DNA of 64,000 nucleotides from an uncultured Clostridia bacterium (lineage in GTDB: Bacteria > Bacillota > Clostridia > TANB77 > CAG-465), in contig CARYZD010000004.1 of the NCBI GenBank assembly GCA_949106495.1, positions 76,961 to 140,960 of the forward strand, written 5' to 3'. A program made the position numbers and the translations under genes. The first letter of the stretch is position 1, and every line of letters starts with the position of its first letter. Shown here one piece after another: positions 53,226 through 64,000 of this stretch. The notes under the pieces are model-generated. The model did not search any database. It saw only the letters and a program-made list of their open reading frames with translations, and was not told where the DNA came from.

Positions 53226-56200
53226 TTATTCATCATCAGATAAATCATATGTGTCGTATTCTTCACTGACATGACTTATTTCTTCATTTGTTAATTCTCC
53301 ATCTTCCTCGATAGAAATTCCATCTTCTTCAGGAGCAAGACCGGCTACCATATCATCAGTTGGTACAATCGCATCATTGTCTTCTTCTATAGATTCTTTT
53401 ATTTCAACTTGTTCATCTTGTTTATATAATTTTAAATCTAAAGCTAAACTTTGAAGTTCTTTTGTTAATACTCTAAATGATTCAGGTATTCCTGGTTTTG
53501 GTATACTTTCACCTTTTACAATTGCTTCATATGTTTTTAAACGTCCAACAATATCATCAGATTTAACTGTTAATATTTCTTGTAATATATATGATGCACC
53601 ATAAGCTTCAAGTGCCCAAACTTCCATTTCACCAAATCTTTGTCCACCAAATTGTGCTTTACCACCAAGAGGTTGTTGTGTAACTAAAGAGTATGGTCCA
53701 ATTGAACGAGCATGTATCTTGTCTTCAACCATGTGATATAGTTTAAGCATATACATGTAACCAACTGTAACTTTTCTATCAAATGGTTCACCTGTTCTAC
53801 CATCACGAACCACAAATTTACCATCTGGATCTAATCCCTTAGATTCAAATAGCTCTCTAATTTCGCTTTCTTTTGCACCATCAAATACTGGTGTAGCTAT
53901 TTTCCATCCATATAATTTAGCAATATATCCTAAATGAACTTCAAGAACCTGACCAACATTCATACGAGATGGAATACCTAGTGGATTTAATAGTACTTGT
54001 AATGGAGTACCATCTGGTAAGAATGGCATATCTTCTCTTGGTAATATACGAGATATACAACCTTTATTACCATGACGTCCAGCCATTTTATCTCCAACAG
54101 ATATTTTTCTCTTTTGAGCTATATAAATTCTAACAACTTTGTTTACTCCAGCAGCAAGCTCATCACAATTGTCTCTTGTAAATATTTTTACATCTACAAC
54201 TGTACCAGCTTCACCATGTGGAACTCTTAATGAAGTATCTCTTACTTCTCTTGCTTTTTCACCAAAGATTGCTCTTAATAGTTTTTCTTCAGCAGTTAAT
54301 TCTGTTTCACCTTTAGGTGTAACTTTTCCAACTAAGATATCTCCTGGAACAACTTCAGCGCCTATACGAATAATACCATTTTCGTCTAAGTTTTTAAGTG
54401 CAGCCTCACCTACTTGAGGAATGTCTTTTGTAATTTCTTCAGGTCCAAGTTTTGTATCTCTAGCTTCACAATCATAATCTTCAATATGAATTGAAGTTAA
54501 AACATCATCTTTAACTAAATCTTCAGAAATCAAGATGGCATCCTCATAGTTATATCCTTCCCAAGTCATGAAGCCAATAAGTAAGTTTTTACCTAATGCC
54601 ATTTCACCATTTTGAGTTGAAGGACCATCAGCAATTACTTCACCTTTTTTAATTTTTTCACCTTTTTGTACAATAGGTTTTTGCATGATACAAGTACCAG
54701 CATTTGATCTTTGATATTTAATTAAATTGTATTCATCTTTTCCAACTTTTGTATCTATAACGATTTTATCTGCACTTACAAAAGATACAACACCATCGTT
54801 TTTAGCTACAATAACTATTCCTGAATCAACAGCTGCTTTATATTCAATTCCAGTACCAACAATTGGGCTGTCTGTTTGAATAAGTGGAACTGCTTGACGT
54901 TGCATGTTTGCACCCATAAGTGCTCTGTGAGCATCATCGCTTTCAAGGAAAGGAATCATTGCAGTGGCAACAGAAACAAGTTGTTTTGGAGATACATCCA
55001 TTAAATCTACTTTATCTGCTTCAACTTCTTCAATTAAATCTCTAAATCTAACTTTAACTCTTTTATGTACAAATTTTTTATCTGCATCTAAAGGTTCATT
55101 TGCTTGAGCAACAATATATTTATCTTCTTCATCTGCAGTCATATATTTTATTTCATCAGTAACAATACCAGTTTCTTTATCTACTAATCTATATGGAGTT
55201 TCAATAAATCCATATCTATTAATTTTTGCAAATGTAGATAATGAAGAAATAAGACCGATGTTTGGACCTTCTGGAGACTCGATAGGACATAGTCTACCAT
55301 AGTGTGTGTGATGAACGTCACGCACTTCGAATCCAGCTCTTTCTCTTGAAAGACCACCAGGTCCTAATGCAGAAATTCTTCTTTTATGTGTTAATTCTGC
55401 AAGTGGATTAATTTGATCCATGAATTGAGATAATTGAGAACTTCCAAAGAATTCTCTTAACGCTCCAACTACTGGCTTAATATTTATTAATGTTTGAGGT
55501 GTAGCAACATCTAAATCTTGAGTAGCCATTCTTTCACGAACAACTCTTTCAAGTCTTGCAAGACCAATTCTAAATTGATTTTGTAATAATTCACCTACAC
55601 ATCTTACACGTCTATTTCCTAAATGATCAATGTCATCTGTATAACCAAGACCAAATCTTAAGTTCATAAAGTAGTTAATAGAAGACATTATATCATCTAA
55701 TGTTGCAGATTTTACAACTAATTTTTCTCTATTTAATCTAATTTGTTTTCTAAGTTCTTTTTCGTCAGCATCTCCAACTTTTTCTAGTAATTCTTTTAAT
55801 GCTGGAATATAAACTTCTTCTTTTATTACATCTTTATCTATTTCAATACCTAAGTATTTAGAAATATCTACAGTATTATTTCCAATTATTTTAATTCTTT
55901 TATCATCTTTTGTAATGTATACAACATTCACTCCAGAATCTTTAATTTTTTGTGCTGTTTCTTCTGTAATAACTTCTCCAGCAGAAACTAAAATTTCACC
56001 ATCTTCGTTAATTACATTTTCAGCTGCAATTTCTCCTACTGTTCTTTCAGCAATACTTAATTTTTTATTATATTTGTATCTACCAACTCTAGATAAATCA
56101 TATCTTCTTGGCTCAAATAATAATCCAAATAATAAAGATTTTGCTGTATCAACATGTAATGGTTCGTTAGGTCTAATTTTCTTGTATATTTCAAGTAAAG

Positions 56201-56894
56201 CTTCATCTTGTGTTTTAGCCATATCTTTATATAGATTTTCATTGATTAAATCATCTTCAAATAAATCCATAATTTGTTGATCTGTTTCAACACCTAAAGC
56301 TCTAATTAAAGTAGTTAGTGGAACTTTTCTTGTTCTGTCTACTCTTGCAGAATATACATCTGAAGAATCAGACTCAAGTTCAATCCATGTACCACGAATT
56401 GGCATAATTGTACCTGAATATAAGAATTTACCTGTTTTATCTCTTTGTGCATCAAAATATACACCTGGTGATCTAACAAGTTGTGAAATAACAACTCTTT
56501 CTGCACCATTAATTAAGAATGTACCACTATCTGTCATAACTGGTAAATCACATAAGAATATTTCTTGTTCTTTTATTTCTCCAGTTTCACGGTTAATTAA
56601 ACGAACTTGTACTTGTAATCTTGAAGAATAACTAGTATTTCTAGCTTTTGCTTCCTCAATTGTGTACTTAGTTTCATCTTCTAATCTATAGTCAACAAAT
56701 TCAAGTAATAAATTACCTGAAAAGTCACTTATAGGTGAAGCATCAGATAAAACATCTTTTAGTCCTGATTTTAAAAACCACTCATAAGATTGTTTTTGAA
56801 TATCAATTAAGTCTGGTAAATCAACAACTTCTTTGATACCTGAAAAGCTCATTCTTGTAGCTTTTCCATTTTTTACTTCATGAATACGACTCAT
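53226..56894 (-). CDS. rpoB: DNA-directed RNA polymerase subunit beta
   Basis: It is about 1222 aa. The start was set at MSRIHEV, where GGGGGT lies 7 nt upstream. Confidence 0.97.
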   Translation of the reverse strand: MSRIHEVKNGKATRMSFSGIKEVVDLPDLIDIQKQSYEWFLKSGLKDVLSDASPISDFSGNLLLEFVDYRLEDETKYTIEEAKARNTSYSSRLQVQVRLINRETGEIKEQEIFLCDLPVMTDSGTFLINGAERVVISQLVRSPGVYFDAQRDKTGKFLYSGTIMPIRGTWIELESDSSDVYSARVDRTRKVPLTTLIRALGVETDQQIMDLFEDDLINENLYKDMAKTQDEALLEIYKKIRPNEPLHVDTAKSLLFGLLFEPRRYDLSRVGRYKYNKKLSIAERTVGEIAAENVINEDGEILVSAGEVITEETAQKIKDSGVNVVYITKDDKRIKIIGNNTVDISKYLGIEIDKDVIKEEVYIPALKELLEKVGDADEKELRKQIRLNREKLVVKSATLDDIMSSINYFMNLRFGLGYTDDIDHLGNRRVRCVGELLQNQFRIGLARLERVVRERMATQDLDVATPQTLINIKPVVGALREFFGSSQLSQFMDQINPLAELTHKRRISALGPGGLSRERAGFEVRDVHHTHYGRLCPIESPEGPNIGLISSLSTFAKINRYGFIETPYRLVDKETGIVTDEIKYMTADEEDKYIVAQANEPLDADKKFVHKRVKVRFRDLIEEVEADKVDLMDVSPKQLVSVATAMIPFLESDDAHRALMGANMQRQAVPLIQTDSPIVGTGIEYKAAVDSGIVIVAKNDGVVSFVSADKIVIDTKVGKDEYNLIKYQRSNAGTCIMQKPIVQKGEKIKKGEVIADGPSTQNGEMALGKNLLIGFMTWEGYNYEDAILISEDLVKDDVLTSIHIEDYDCEARDTKLGPEEITKDIPQVGEAALKNLDENGIIRIGAEVVPGDILVGKVTPKGETELTAEEKLLRAIFGEKAREVRDTSLRVPHGEAGTVVDVKIFTRDNCDELAAGVNKVVRIYIAQKRKISVGDKMAGRHGNKGCISRILPREDMPFLPDGTPLQVLLNPLGIPSRMNVGQVLEVHLGYIAKLYGWKIATPVFDGAKESEIRELFESKGLDPDGKFVVRDGRTGEPFDRKVTVGYMYMLKLYHMVEDKIHARSIGPYSLVTQQPLGGKAQFGGQRFGEMEVWALEAYGASYILQEILTVKSDDIVGRLKTYEAIVKGESIPKPGIPESFRVLTKELQSLALDLKLYKQDEQVEIKESIEEDNDAIVPTDDMVAGLAPEEDGISIEEDGELTNEEISHVSEEYDTYDLSDDE

Positions 56895-57089
56895 TTCCAT
56901 ACCCCCAACTGCGCTTAAAAAAGGCAACAAAAAGTCAAACTAGTTTACATAATTTAAAATTTGCTAACTAATTTGATTATTTTTATATACCTTTTTCTTA
57001 ACTATTTTTTATGAATTTTTTCAACTATTACAACCATCCTTTGCATTATAGTTTACATAGTAATTTCAATTAGAAATAACATTTGTCTC

Positions 57090-57118
57090 ATTATATCACA
57101 TAAAAAAAACAGTGTCAA
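57090..57118 (-). promoter_or_regulatory. Sigma-A promoter of rpoBC with a roughly 190-nt leader
   Basis: Minus-strand TTGACA, a 17-nt spacer, then TATAAT. Both hexamers match consensus exactly. Confidence 0.55.
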
Positions 57119-57170
57119 CAAAAAAATATACATTTTTAAAATTTATGTATGTCAATTAATGGAAAATAAT

Positions 57171-57208
57171 AAAGAAAAAATACAGTATGAATTATACTGT
57201 ATTTTTTA
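57171..57208. terminator. Bidirectional terminator after the 57212..57718 gene
   Basis: ATACAGTAT-gaatt-ATACTGTAT flanked by A-runs and T-runs. Confidence 0.55.
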
Positions 57209-57211
57209 GCA

Positions 57212-57718
57212 TTAATTTTCTATTGTTATAATATAAGAAATAGCTGTTGAAGCAGTTGCTGTAGCATATGTTTTTGGATATTCATTTTTTATTGTTAATT
57301 CTTCTCCATCATCAAATGAACTTATTCCATCTATATCATATAAATTTGATCTAACAGCACTTTTAGCTTTTAATGTTACGCTTGATTCTAATATTTCAAC
57401 AACTTCAAATTCAAGATTTGAATACATCATTCCTTCATAAGAAATTATATCACCTATGTTACAAGAGTATTCTTTCTTATCTCCTTCTTTTCTACCATTT
57501 TCATCAATAATAATTTCTTGTATTTTAATTTTAACTTTGCCATCTTTATTATTATTTGAATCAGATACTACATTATTATCTTTAATATCCTTATTTTCTT
57601 CTGCAGGTATTTGATTTTGGTTATTATTTTTATTATTAATAACCAACATTCCAATAATCACTCCAATGCAAACAACCATTCCTATAAGACAAACTACAAT
57701 TCCAACTTTTGCTTTCAT
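57212..57718 (-). CDS. Hypothetical membrane-anchored protein (168 aa)
   Basis: It has an N-terminal TM helix, an N-rich linker, and a C-terminal beta-rich domain. Confidence 0.5.
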   Translation of the reverse strand: MKAKVGIVVCLIGMVVCIGVIIGMLVINNKNNNQNQIPAEENKDIKDNNVVSDSNNNKDGKVKIKIQEIIIDENGRKEGDKKEYSCNIGDIISYEGMMYSNLEFEVVEILESSVTLKAKSAVRSNLYDIDGISSFDDGEELTIKNEYPKTYATATASTAISYIITIEN

Positions 57719-57796
57719 TTTCTCCCTCCTAATATATTTTATTATATCATAAAAAAAGTAAAATGGAAAAGTATAAAAACTTTTCCATTTTATTTA

Positions 57797-58861
57797 TTAG
57801 TCTACATTTCCTTCTTTTAATCTATCTGCTCTATCTGCAGCAATTAATGCTTCAACCATTTCATCAATATCTCCATTTAAAAATGATTCTAATTGATAAA
57901 TTGTAAAGTTTATTCTATGATCTGTTACTCTACTTTGTGGATAATTATATGTTCTAATTTTTTCGCTTCTTGCTCCACTTCCAACTTGAAGTCTTCTTGT
58001 ATTAATTATTTCACTATCACGTTCTTCGACTTGTTTTTCATATAATTTTGAACGAAGCATTTTCATAGCAGTTTCTTTATTTTGTAATTGTGATCTTTCA
58101 TTTTGACATGATACAACTATACCTGTTGGCATATGTGTAATTCTTATTGCTGATGATGTTTTATTTACGTGTTGACCACCAGCGCCACTTGCTCTATATG
58201 TATCAATTCTTAAATCGTTTTGATTAATTTCAACTTCTACATCTTCAACTTCTGGTAAAACTGCGACTGTAGCAGTAGATGTATGTATTCTTCCACTTGC
58301 TTCTGTTTCAGGAACACGTTGAACTCTATGTACACCACTTTCAAATTTTAATCTACTATATGCGCCTTTTCCTTTAATCATAAATGATATTTCTTTTATA
58401 CCACCTATTTCTGTTTCATTTAAATCTATAACTTCAACTTGCCATCTTTTAAGTTCTGCATACATTGTATACATTCTATATAAATTATATGCAAACAGTG
58501 CTGCTTCTTCTCCACCAGCGCCACCTCTAATTTCAATAATAACATTACTATCATCATTTTCATCTTTAGGGAGTAATAATATTTTTAAATCCTCTTCAAA
58601 AGCTGGTAACTTTTCTTTAGCTGAATAATATTCTTCTTCTGCCATTTCTTTTAAATCTGGATCGTCCATCATCTCTTTAGCACTTTCCATATCTGACACT
58701 AGTTTTTTATATTCAACATACTTATCTACTACATCTTTCATGTTAGATTGCTCTTTCATGTATTTTCTCCAACTAGCTTGATCAGCAATAACATCTGGAT
58801 TAGAAATAAGTTCTGTTAATTCTTGATATTTTTTATATAATGCTTCTAATTTTTCAAACAT
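57797..58861 (-). CDS. prfA: Peptide chain release factor 1
   Basis: It has GGQ ([11 protein letters not shown]) and PxT (the RF1-type PET motif). Confidence 0.95.
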   Translation of the reverse strand: MFEKLEALYKKYQELTELISNPDVIADQASWRKYMKEQSNMKDVVDKYVEYKKLVSDMESAKEMMDDPDLKEMAEEEYYSAKEKLPAFEEDLKILLLPKDENDDSNVIIEIRGGAGGEEAALFAYNLYRMYTMYAELKRWQVEVIDLNETEIGGIKEISFMIKGKGAYSRLKFESGVHRVQRVPETEASGRIHTSTATVAVLPEVEDVEVEINQNDLRIDTYRASGAGGQHVNKTSSAIRITHMPTGIVVSCQNERSQLQNKETAMKMLRSKLYEKQVEERDSEIINTRRLQVGSGARSEKIRTYNYPQSRVTDHRINFTIYQLESFLNGDIDEMVEALIAADRADRLKEGNVD

Positions 58862-58972
58862 TTTTTATTCTCCATTCTAAAATCTAAAATTTACCCTAAT
58901 ATTTTAACATATTTTAACTACTTTTTCAACACTATATAAATTACTTTTAATTTTACATAAAAAAGAGGATGT

Positions 58973-59419
58973 TTATTCATCCCCATCTTGTAATATTTTT
59001 AGTTGTGCTTCAAGCATAGATTGTACTTTTATTTTATATATTCTCATTTGATTTTTCTTAGTTTCAATATCTACTTCTGCTTTAATAATTTGTCTTTGTA
59101 AATCTTCTAATTTTCTTTGTGCGTCCATTTCAGCACTAGACTTTATACTTTCTGCTTGCTTTTGTGCTTCAAGTTTAATACTATCTGCTTCAGTTTGTGC
59201 ATTTTCAACTGTTCTTCCGATGCCAGCTTCAAGAGCGCTAAAATGTTCAACAGATTCTTGTAATGTTTGAACTTGTCCTCTTAATTCACTATTTTCTTTA
59301 TATAGTTTTTCGTAATCACTCATAACTAAAACTAAAAAATCCTCTACATCTTTAATGTCATATCCACCCAATTTAGCCTTTTTAAAAACTTTATTATCTA
59401 TGTCTATTGGTGTTAGCAT
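58973..59419 (-). CDS. divIVA: DivIVA-domain cell-division protein
   Basis: It has the N-terminal MLTPIDIDNKVFKKAKLGGYDIKDVEDFL followed by a coiled coil. Confidence 0.8.
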   Translation of the reverse strand: MLTPIDIDNKVFKKAKLGGYDIKDVEDFLVLVMSDYEKLYKENSELRGQVQTLQESVEHFSALEAGIGRTVENAQTEADSIKLEAQKQAESIKSSAEMDAQRKLEDLQRQIIKAEVDIETKKNQMRIYKIKVQSMLEAQLKILQDGDE

Positions 59420-59484
59420 AATAATTCAACCCCCTATTATAATATAAAAACAGGTCATCAAAGACCTGTTTATTTAAGCATTAC

Positions 59485-60030
59485 TTATTTAAGCCAAGAA
59501 AAAGATTGTCTTTGTTCTTGTTGTTGTCTATTTAATTGTACGTTTTCTAAATCATTTTGAATCTCAACTGTTCTTGGAGTCATTAAATAAATTAAACTTG
59601 AAACTTTTTGAATATTTCCTTCAATCATAAATGTAGCTCCACTTAAAAAGTCTAATACACGTCTTGCATCTTCTTTTCCAACATTCTCAAGATTTATAAT
59701 TACTGATTTTTTACTTTTTAGATATGTACCTACTTCTTCAACATCATTATAGCAAGTTGGTTGTGTAATAACCATTTTAGATGATGACATTCCATTATTT
59801 ACAGAAATAACTTTAGTAGATCTATTTCCTGGTTCTTCAACTTCTCTTACTGATGCTCTAATTCCACGTCTACCACTTACTGGTTGTGAATAATCTACAT
59901 CATCATTTTCAATTTCTTCTGTATATTCTTCAGAATAACCATCTGCATATCCATCTTCATATAAATCTTCTTCTTCATTTCCATTTATTCCAATTACTTT
60001 TAAAAATTTATTTACGAATTGCGCTCCCAT
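59485..60030 (-). CDS. sepF: Cell division protein SepF
   Basis: It has the SepF/DUF552 C-terminal core (VVITQPTCYNDVEEVGTYLKSKKSVIINLE). Confidence 0.85.
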   Translation of the reverse strand: MGAQFVNKFLKVIGINGNEEEDLYEDGYADGYSEEYTEEIENDDVDYSQPVSGRRGIRASVREVEEPGNRSTKVISVNNGMSSSKMVITQPTCYNDVEEVGTYLKSKKSVIINLENVGKEDARRVLDFLSGATFMIEGNIQKVSSLIYLMTPRTVEIQNDLENVQLNRQQQEQRQSFSWLK

Positions 60031-60142
60031 AAATTAACCCCCTACGATATTTACTTAGCATAAATACTGCTAATACCTTCGTTTTAAACTTTATCACAAA
60101 AATGCCCATTTGTCTATACTTTAATATATTTGTAACATTTTT

Positions 60143-61378
60143 TTAATTAAAATATGACATTGGATTAACTGATATTCCATTTACTTTTACTTCAAAATGT
60201 AAATGTGCTCCATATGAATTACCTGTATTACCACTATATCCAATAACTTGTCCCTTACTTACAGTTTGTCCATTACTTACATTTACACTAGATAAATGTC
60301 CATATAATGTATATAATCTATTTCCATTTGAATCTAATCCATGATCAATCATTATATGATTACCAAAACCATATCCATTCGCAACCGAAAAAGAATGATT
60401 TTTATAGCCTCCAGCTGTATATGGTCCATTAGGATCACTTGTTACAGTCATTGCTCTAACAACTTTTCCTGATGCTGCAGCAAATACTTGTGTTCCAGTT
60501 GAAACACCTATATCTGTACCAGAATGCCATGAAGAATATCCTCCAGGACTATACCAACCAAAATGAGCTGTAATATATGAACTTGTTGTAGGCCATACAA
60601 AAACGCCCGAAAAATATCCATTATTTACATTACCAGCTGATGCAAGTTTTCTTAATTCTTCTTGTATTGCATCATCTGCTTTTTGTTGTTCTTCTTTTAA
60701 CAATTTTGTTGCAGCAAGTGTCTTAGCCTTTGATGAATTTAGACTATTAACCTTACTTTGCTTTTGATTTTTTACTCCTTGTAGTTCACTTGCTGATTTT
60801 TCATAGTCATAACTAAGCTGTTCAACAGATAATTTACCTTCTTCAATTCCAGATTTTAAATAATCTACATATTCTTTTTGCGATTTCATATTTCCAATTA
60901 AAGATTGATCATATTCTAATATACTTGTATATACTCCAAGTTTTGAAAAGAAATCTCCTATGCCATCAGAAGAAACTAATATTTCAAAAACGCTTGGTAT
61001 ACCATTTTCATATATCGTTCTTAATCTTGTTGTATATATATCTTCAGCACTATTATATAATTGTGCTGAGTTTTGTAAATCATTCTGATATTTAGTAATT
61101 TGAGAATTTATTGTATCAATTTGAGATTGGAGTCCATCTAATTTCTCTGTATAAGTTGCAATCTCTGAGTCTAATACTTGTATTTCATCAATATACCCTT
61201 GTACTTCTTTTTCAACAGCACTTATTGCACTTTGATTTGCTTCTATTTGTTTTGTTATCCTGTTATATTCATTCCTTGCATCAGATAAAGCATCTGCAAA
61301 ACAAAATGAATTTAAACTTAAACAAATAGATAAAGTACTAAAACAAATTGCTGCTCGTCCTAACACTTTATTTTTCAA
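60143..61378 (-). CDS. Coiled-coil M23 (LytM-type) peptidase, EnvC-like
   Basis: It has a signal peptide and a long coiled coil. Its M23 motifs are HSGTDIG, HxH (GAHLHFEV) and GNTGNS. Confidence 0.85.
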   Translation of the reverse strand: MKNKVLGRAAICFSTLSICLSLNSFCFADALSDARNEYNRITKQIEANQSAISAVEKEVQGYIDEIQVLDSEIATYTEKLDGLQSQIDTINSQITKYQNDLQNSAQLYNSAEDIYTTRLRTIYENGIPSVFEILVSSDGIGDFFSKLGVYTSILEYDQSLIGNMKSQKEYVDYLKSGIEEGKLSVEQLSYDYEKSASELQGVKNQKQSKVNSLNSSKAKTLAATKLLKEEQQKADDAIQEELRKLASAGNVNNGYFSGVFVWPTTSSYITAHFGWYSPGGYSSWHSGTDIGVSTGTQVFAAASGKVVRAMTVTSDPNGPYTAGGYKNHSFSVANGYGFGNHIMIDHGLDSNGNRLYTLYGHLSSVNVSNGQTVSKGQVIGYSGNTGNSYGAHLHFEVKVNGISVNPMSYFN

Positions 61379-61391
61379 CTATATCTCCCCC

Positions 61392-62618
61392 TTATAATAT
61401 AGTAAATGATATTCCTGGGAAAAACTTTAATGGATCAACCCTTTGTCCATTTTCACGTATCTCTAAGTGTAAGTGTGGACCAGTTGAATTTCCAGTTGTT
61501 CCTACATATCCAATTAATTGTCCTTTTTTTACTTTTTCTCCTTCTCTTGCAACTAAAGAACTACAGTGACCATATAATGAAATGTATGTAGAATTATTAT
61601 CTGTACATTCACCATGATTTATTATAACGTAGTTACCATATCCATAGTTACTATATCCAGAGGTTGTTACAACCCCTTCTTGTATTGCATAAATTGGTGT
61701 ACAGTTTATTCCTGCACCTGCAATATCTGAACCTGTATGTGCACTTCCAGCAGGATCTACTAAATTATATACTTCACCAAAACTTGTTGTTATTATAGTA
61801 AATCCAGGTGTTGGATAAAAGAATTCTGTTCCTGTAAATGTACTAGCTGTTCCATTTTTTATTTGATTTGCTACTTCATTAATTACTTTTGCAACTTCTG
61901 TATCTATATCTGAAATAGCTTGTTTTCTTTTATCTGTAAGAAGTTTTGATGCTTCCTGAAGTTCACTTTCTTTATTCTTTAGCTCATCTATTCTTTTGAC
62001 TTTTTCTTCTCTTTTTTTATCTAATTCTTCCTTAACCTCTTCAAGTCCTTCTTCTAAAGCTACAAGTCTTTTTTTCTCTAATTCTATATCTCCTTTAATA
62101 TAGTTTATATAATTTTGTTTATCTTGATAAGTGTTCATTAAAGTCTTATCATGGTCTAAAATCATACTATATAAATTTAGTTTTATCATCAAATCAGTAA
62201 AACCATTTGAAGTTACTATTAACTCAAAAATACTAGGAATTCCATTTTCATATATTGTTCTTAATCTGTTTGCATATGTACTATTTAAAATCCCATAATT
62301 TTCATTGGCAGTTTTTAATTTATTATCTAAATCTTCAAGAGTTGTACTAACTTCTTTTATATTTTGTTGTAAATTTGCTAAATTATTTGTATAAGATAGT
62401 ACTTCACTATCAATTTCTGCAACATCATATGCATATAAAGCTAGTTCTCTTTCAACACCAGTAAGCTTTGATGCATTTTCTTGTTGTTCTTTCTTTACCG
62501 CTTCTAATTCTTGCTCATATTTAGATAAAGTGTCTGCTCCATACACAATTGGTAACGAAACATTAGATAAAAATATAATACAAATAATTATTGATATTTT
62601 TTTCTTTATCTTATTCAT
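61392..62618 (-). CDS. Coiled-coil M23 peptidase, paralogue of the preceding gene
   Basis: It has the same architecture. Its M23 motifs are HTGSDIAG, GPHLHLEI and GTTGNS. Confidence 0.85.
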   Translation of the reverse strand: MNKIKKKISIIICIIFLSNVSLPIVYGADTLSKYEQELEAVKKEQQENASKLTGVERELALYAYDVAEIDSEVLSYTNNLANLQQNIKEVSTTLEDLDNKLKTANENYGILNSTYANRLRTIYENGIPSIFELIVTSNGFTDLMIKLNLYSMILDHDKTLMNTYQDKQNYINYIKGDIELEKKRLVALEEGLEEVKEELDKKREEKVKRIDELKNKESELQEASKLLTDKRKQAISDIDTEVAKVINEVANQIKNGTASTFTGTEFFYPTPGFTIITTSFGEVYNLVDPAGSAHTGSDIAGAGINCTPIYAIQEGVVTTSGYSNYGYGNYVIINHGECTDNNSTYISLYGHCSSLVAREGEKVKKGQLIGYVGTTGNSTGPHLHLEIRENGQRVDPLKFFPGISFTIL

Positions 62619-62630
62619 CTAAAACGCCTC

Positions 62631-63518
62631 CTATGCTTTTAAGTATTTTTTCAATGATATAACACTTCCAAATATTCCTATAAATAATCCAAGCAATATA
62701 TATGAAATTAATATTTGATACCAAATTGTTGAATATGGTATAAATTTAAATACTCCTAAAGCATAGCTTGAATTTAATGCAACATATATGTATATATATA
62801 CAATAGATATTACAATAAATGATATTAATGCAGAAACTATTCCCATTATTGCTCCTTCAACAATAAATGGTTTTACAATAAAACTATTTGTAGCACCTAT
62901 GTAACGCATAATAAAGATTTCTCTTTTATTTGAATATACTGCAAGTTTTATTGTATTAGATATTATAAATACACTAACAACTAAAAGTACTACTCCTACG
63001 CCAAGTAAAAAATAATTTGCTACTTTTGAAATAGAAATAACAGCCTCAATTGTATCTGCATTGTATTTTACTTTATATATTCCATCTATTTTTTCTACAG
63101 CAGCTTTTATAGTATCAGCTTCTTCAATATTAGAAAATTTAACTATAAATGATGCTGGAAAAATATCTAAGCTTTCTAATCCTTCTAAAAAATAGTCTTG
63201 ATCTTTAAACTGTTCTTTTGCATCTTCATATGCCTCAGATTTACTCATATATTGAATTTCTGAAACTCCTTCTACAAGTTTTATTTCATCTTCCATATAC
63301 GCAATGTCTTCATCTGTAGATTTATCTTCGATAAATGCTTGTAATCCTTGTTCAAGTCTTAATGTTTCAACGTTTTGATTAACATTTTGTAATATTATAA
63401 TAAATATTCCAAGTATTAACATAGTAGCGCATATAATTAGCATAGTTGATATTGTTTTTGAGCCGTGTTTATTTAAATTATCATAACCTTCTTTAATCAA
63501 ATAAGTATTTGTTGTCAT
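62631..63518 (-). CDS. ftsX: Cell division permease-like protein FtsX
   Basis: It has 4 TM helices with a large extracellular loop, and follows ftsE. Confidence 0.88.
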   Translation of the reverse strand: MTTNTYLIKEGYDNLNKHGSKTISTMLIICATMLILGIFIIILQNVNQNVETLRLEQGLQAFIEDKSTDEDIAYMEDEIKLVEGVSEIQYMSKSEAYEDAKEQFKDQDYFLEGLESLDIFPASFIVKFSNIEEADTIKAAVEKIDGIYKVKYNADTIEAVISISKVANYFLLGVGVVLLVVSVFIISNTIKLAVYSNKREIFIMRYIGATNSFIVKPFIVEGAIMGIVSALISFIVISIVYIYIYVALNSSYALGVFKFIPYSTIWYQILISYILLGLFIGIFGSVISLKKYLKA

Positions 63519-64000
63519 CTAATACACCCCTCTCGCTTCATCTTTTATAACTCTACCATGTTCAAGAGCAATAACTCTTTTATTTAGCTTATCTACTATA
63601 TCTTTTGCATGTGTAACTACTAAAATAGTAGTTCCTCTTGCATTAATCTCAAGTAGAGTTTTAAAAATTTCTTCGGCAGTTTTAGGGTCTAAATTTCCTG
63701 TAGGCTCGTCTGCTATAAGTATTGGTGGCTTTGTTGCAAGTGCTCTTGCAAGTGCAACTCTTTGTTGTTCACCACCAGATAATTGGTTTGGATAAAATTT
63801 TTCTTTTCCAGAAAGTCCTACCATTTGAAGTACAGTTTTTAGTTGTGTTCTAATTTCTCTTTCAGATGCTTCAATTACTCTTAATGCAAATATAATATTT
63901 TCTTCAACTGTTCTATCATATAATAATCTAAAATCTTGGAAAACAAATCCAATTTTTCTTCTTAAATATGGTATTTCTTTCTTTTTAAGTCTTGTTATAT
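63519..64000 (-). CDS. ftsE: Cell division ATP-binding protein FtsE, C-terminal about 160 aa (gene runs off the window end)
   Basis: It has the ABC signature LSGGEQQRVALARAL and Walker B ILIADEPT. I checked by hand that the reading frame stays open upstream of the listed Met to position 64000. Confidence 0.85.
   Translation of the reverse strand, partial: ITRLKKKEIPYLRRKIGFVFQDFRLLYDRTVEENIIFALRVIEASEREIRTQLKTVLQMVGLSGKEKFYPNQLSGGEQQRVALARALATKPPILIADEPTGNLDPKTAEEIFKTLLEINARGTTILVVTHAKDIVDKLNKRVIALEHGRVIKDEARGVY

Overview
This is a 64-kb, very AT-rich (roughly 27-28% GC) window from a Clostridia-like spore-forming Firmicute. It encodes Spo0A, an alpha/beta-type SASP, a YabG sporulation protease, split transketolase, and an L24 with a C-terminal CxxC zinc ribbon. 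About 90% of the coding sequence is on the minus strand and almost all is core translation, transcription and division machinery. It includes pyrH-tsf-rpsB, ftsH, tilS, dnaB, rplI and gdpP. It also includes spo0A and an almost complete S10-spc ribosomal-protein cluster running from rpsJ to rplO and secY. It includes rpsF-ssb-rpsR and the acpP-rnc-radical SAM-Alg14/Alg13-like-tkt block. It also includes the str operon (rpsL-rpsG-fusA-tuf), rpoB-rpoC, prfA, divIVA-sepF, and ftsE-ftsX followed by two M23 peptidases. I found no tRNA, rRNA, CRISPR array or mobile element. Gene order is strongly rearranged relative to canonical Firmicutes. The spc operon stops at secY with a terminator, so the adk-map-infA-rpmJ-rpsM-rpsK-rpsD-rpoA-rplQ block is absent. 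L30 is absent between rpsE and rplO. About 19 kb of unrelated genes lies between tuf and rpsJ. rpoB is not preceded by rplKAJL. The most unusual content is a plus-strand three-gene operon: a ThyX-fold protein with the dUMP-binding RHR motif replaced by TYK, a divergent P-loop nucleotide kinase, and FolC. Other unusual features are a membrane-anchored transglutaminase-like plus vWA/thrombospondin-repeat gene pair inserted between rpoC and rpsL, and an HD-GYP response regulator whose receiver domain has Asn at the phospho-acceptor position. A GC-enriched structured leader lies upstream of rpsJ, and a K/N-rich ORF is wedged between the two transketolase subunit genes.
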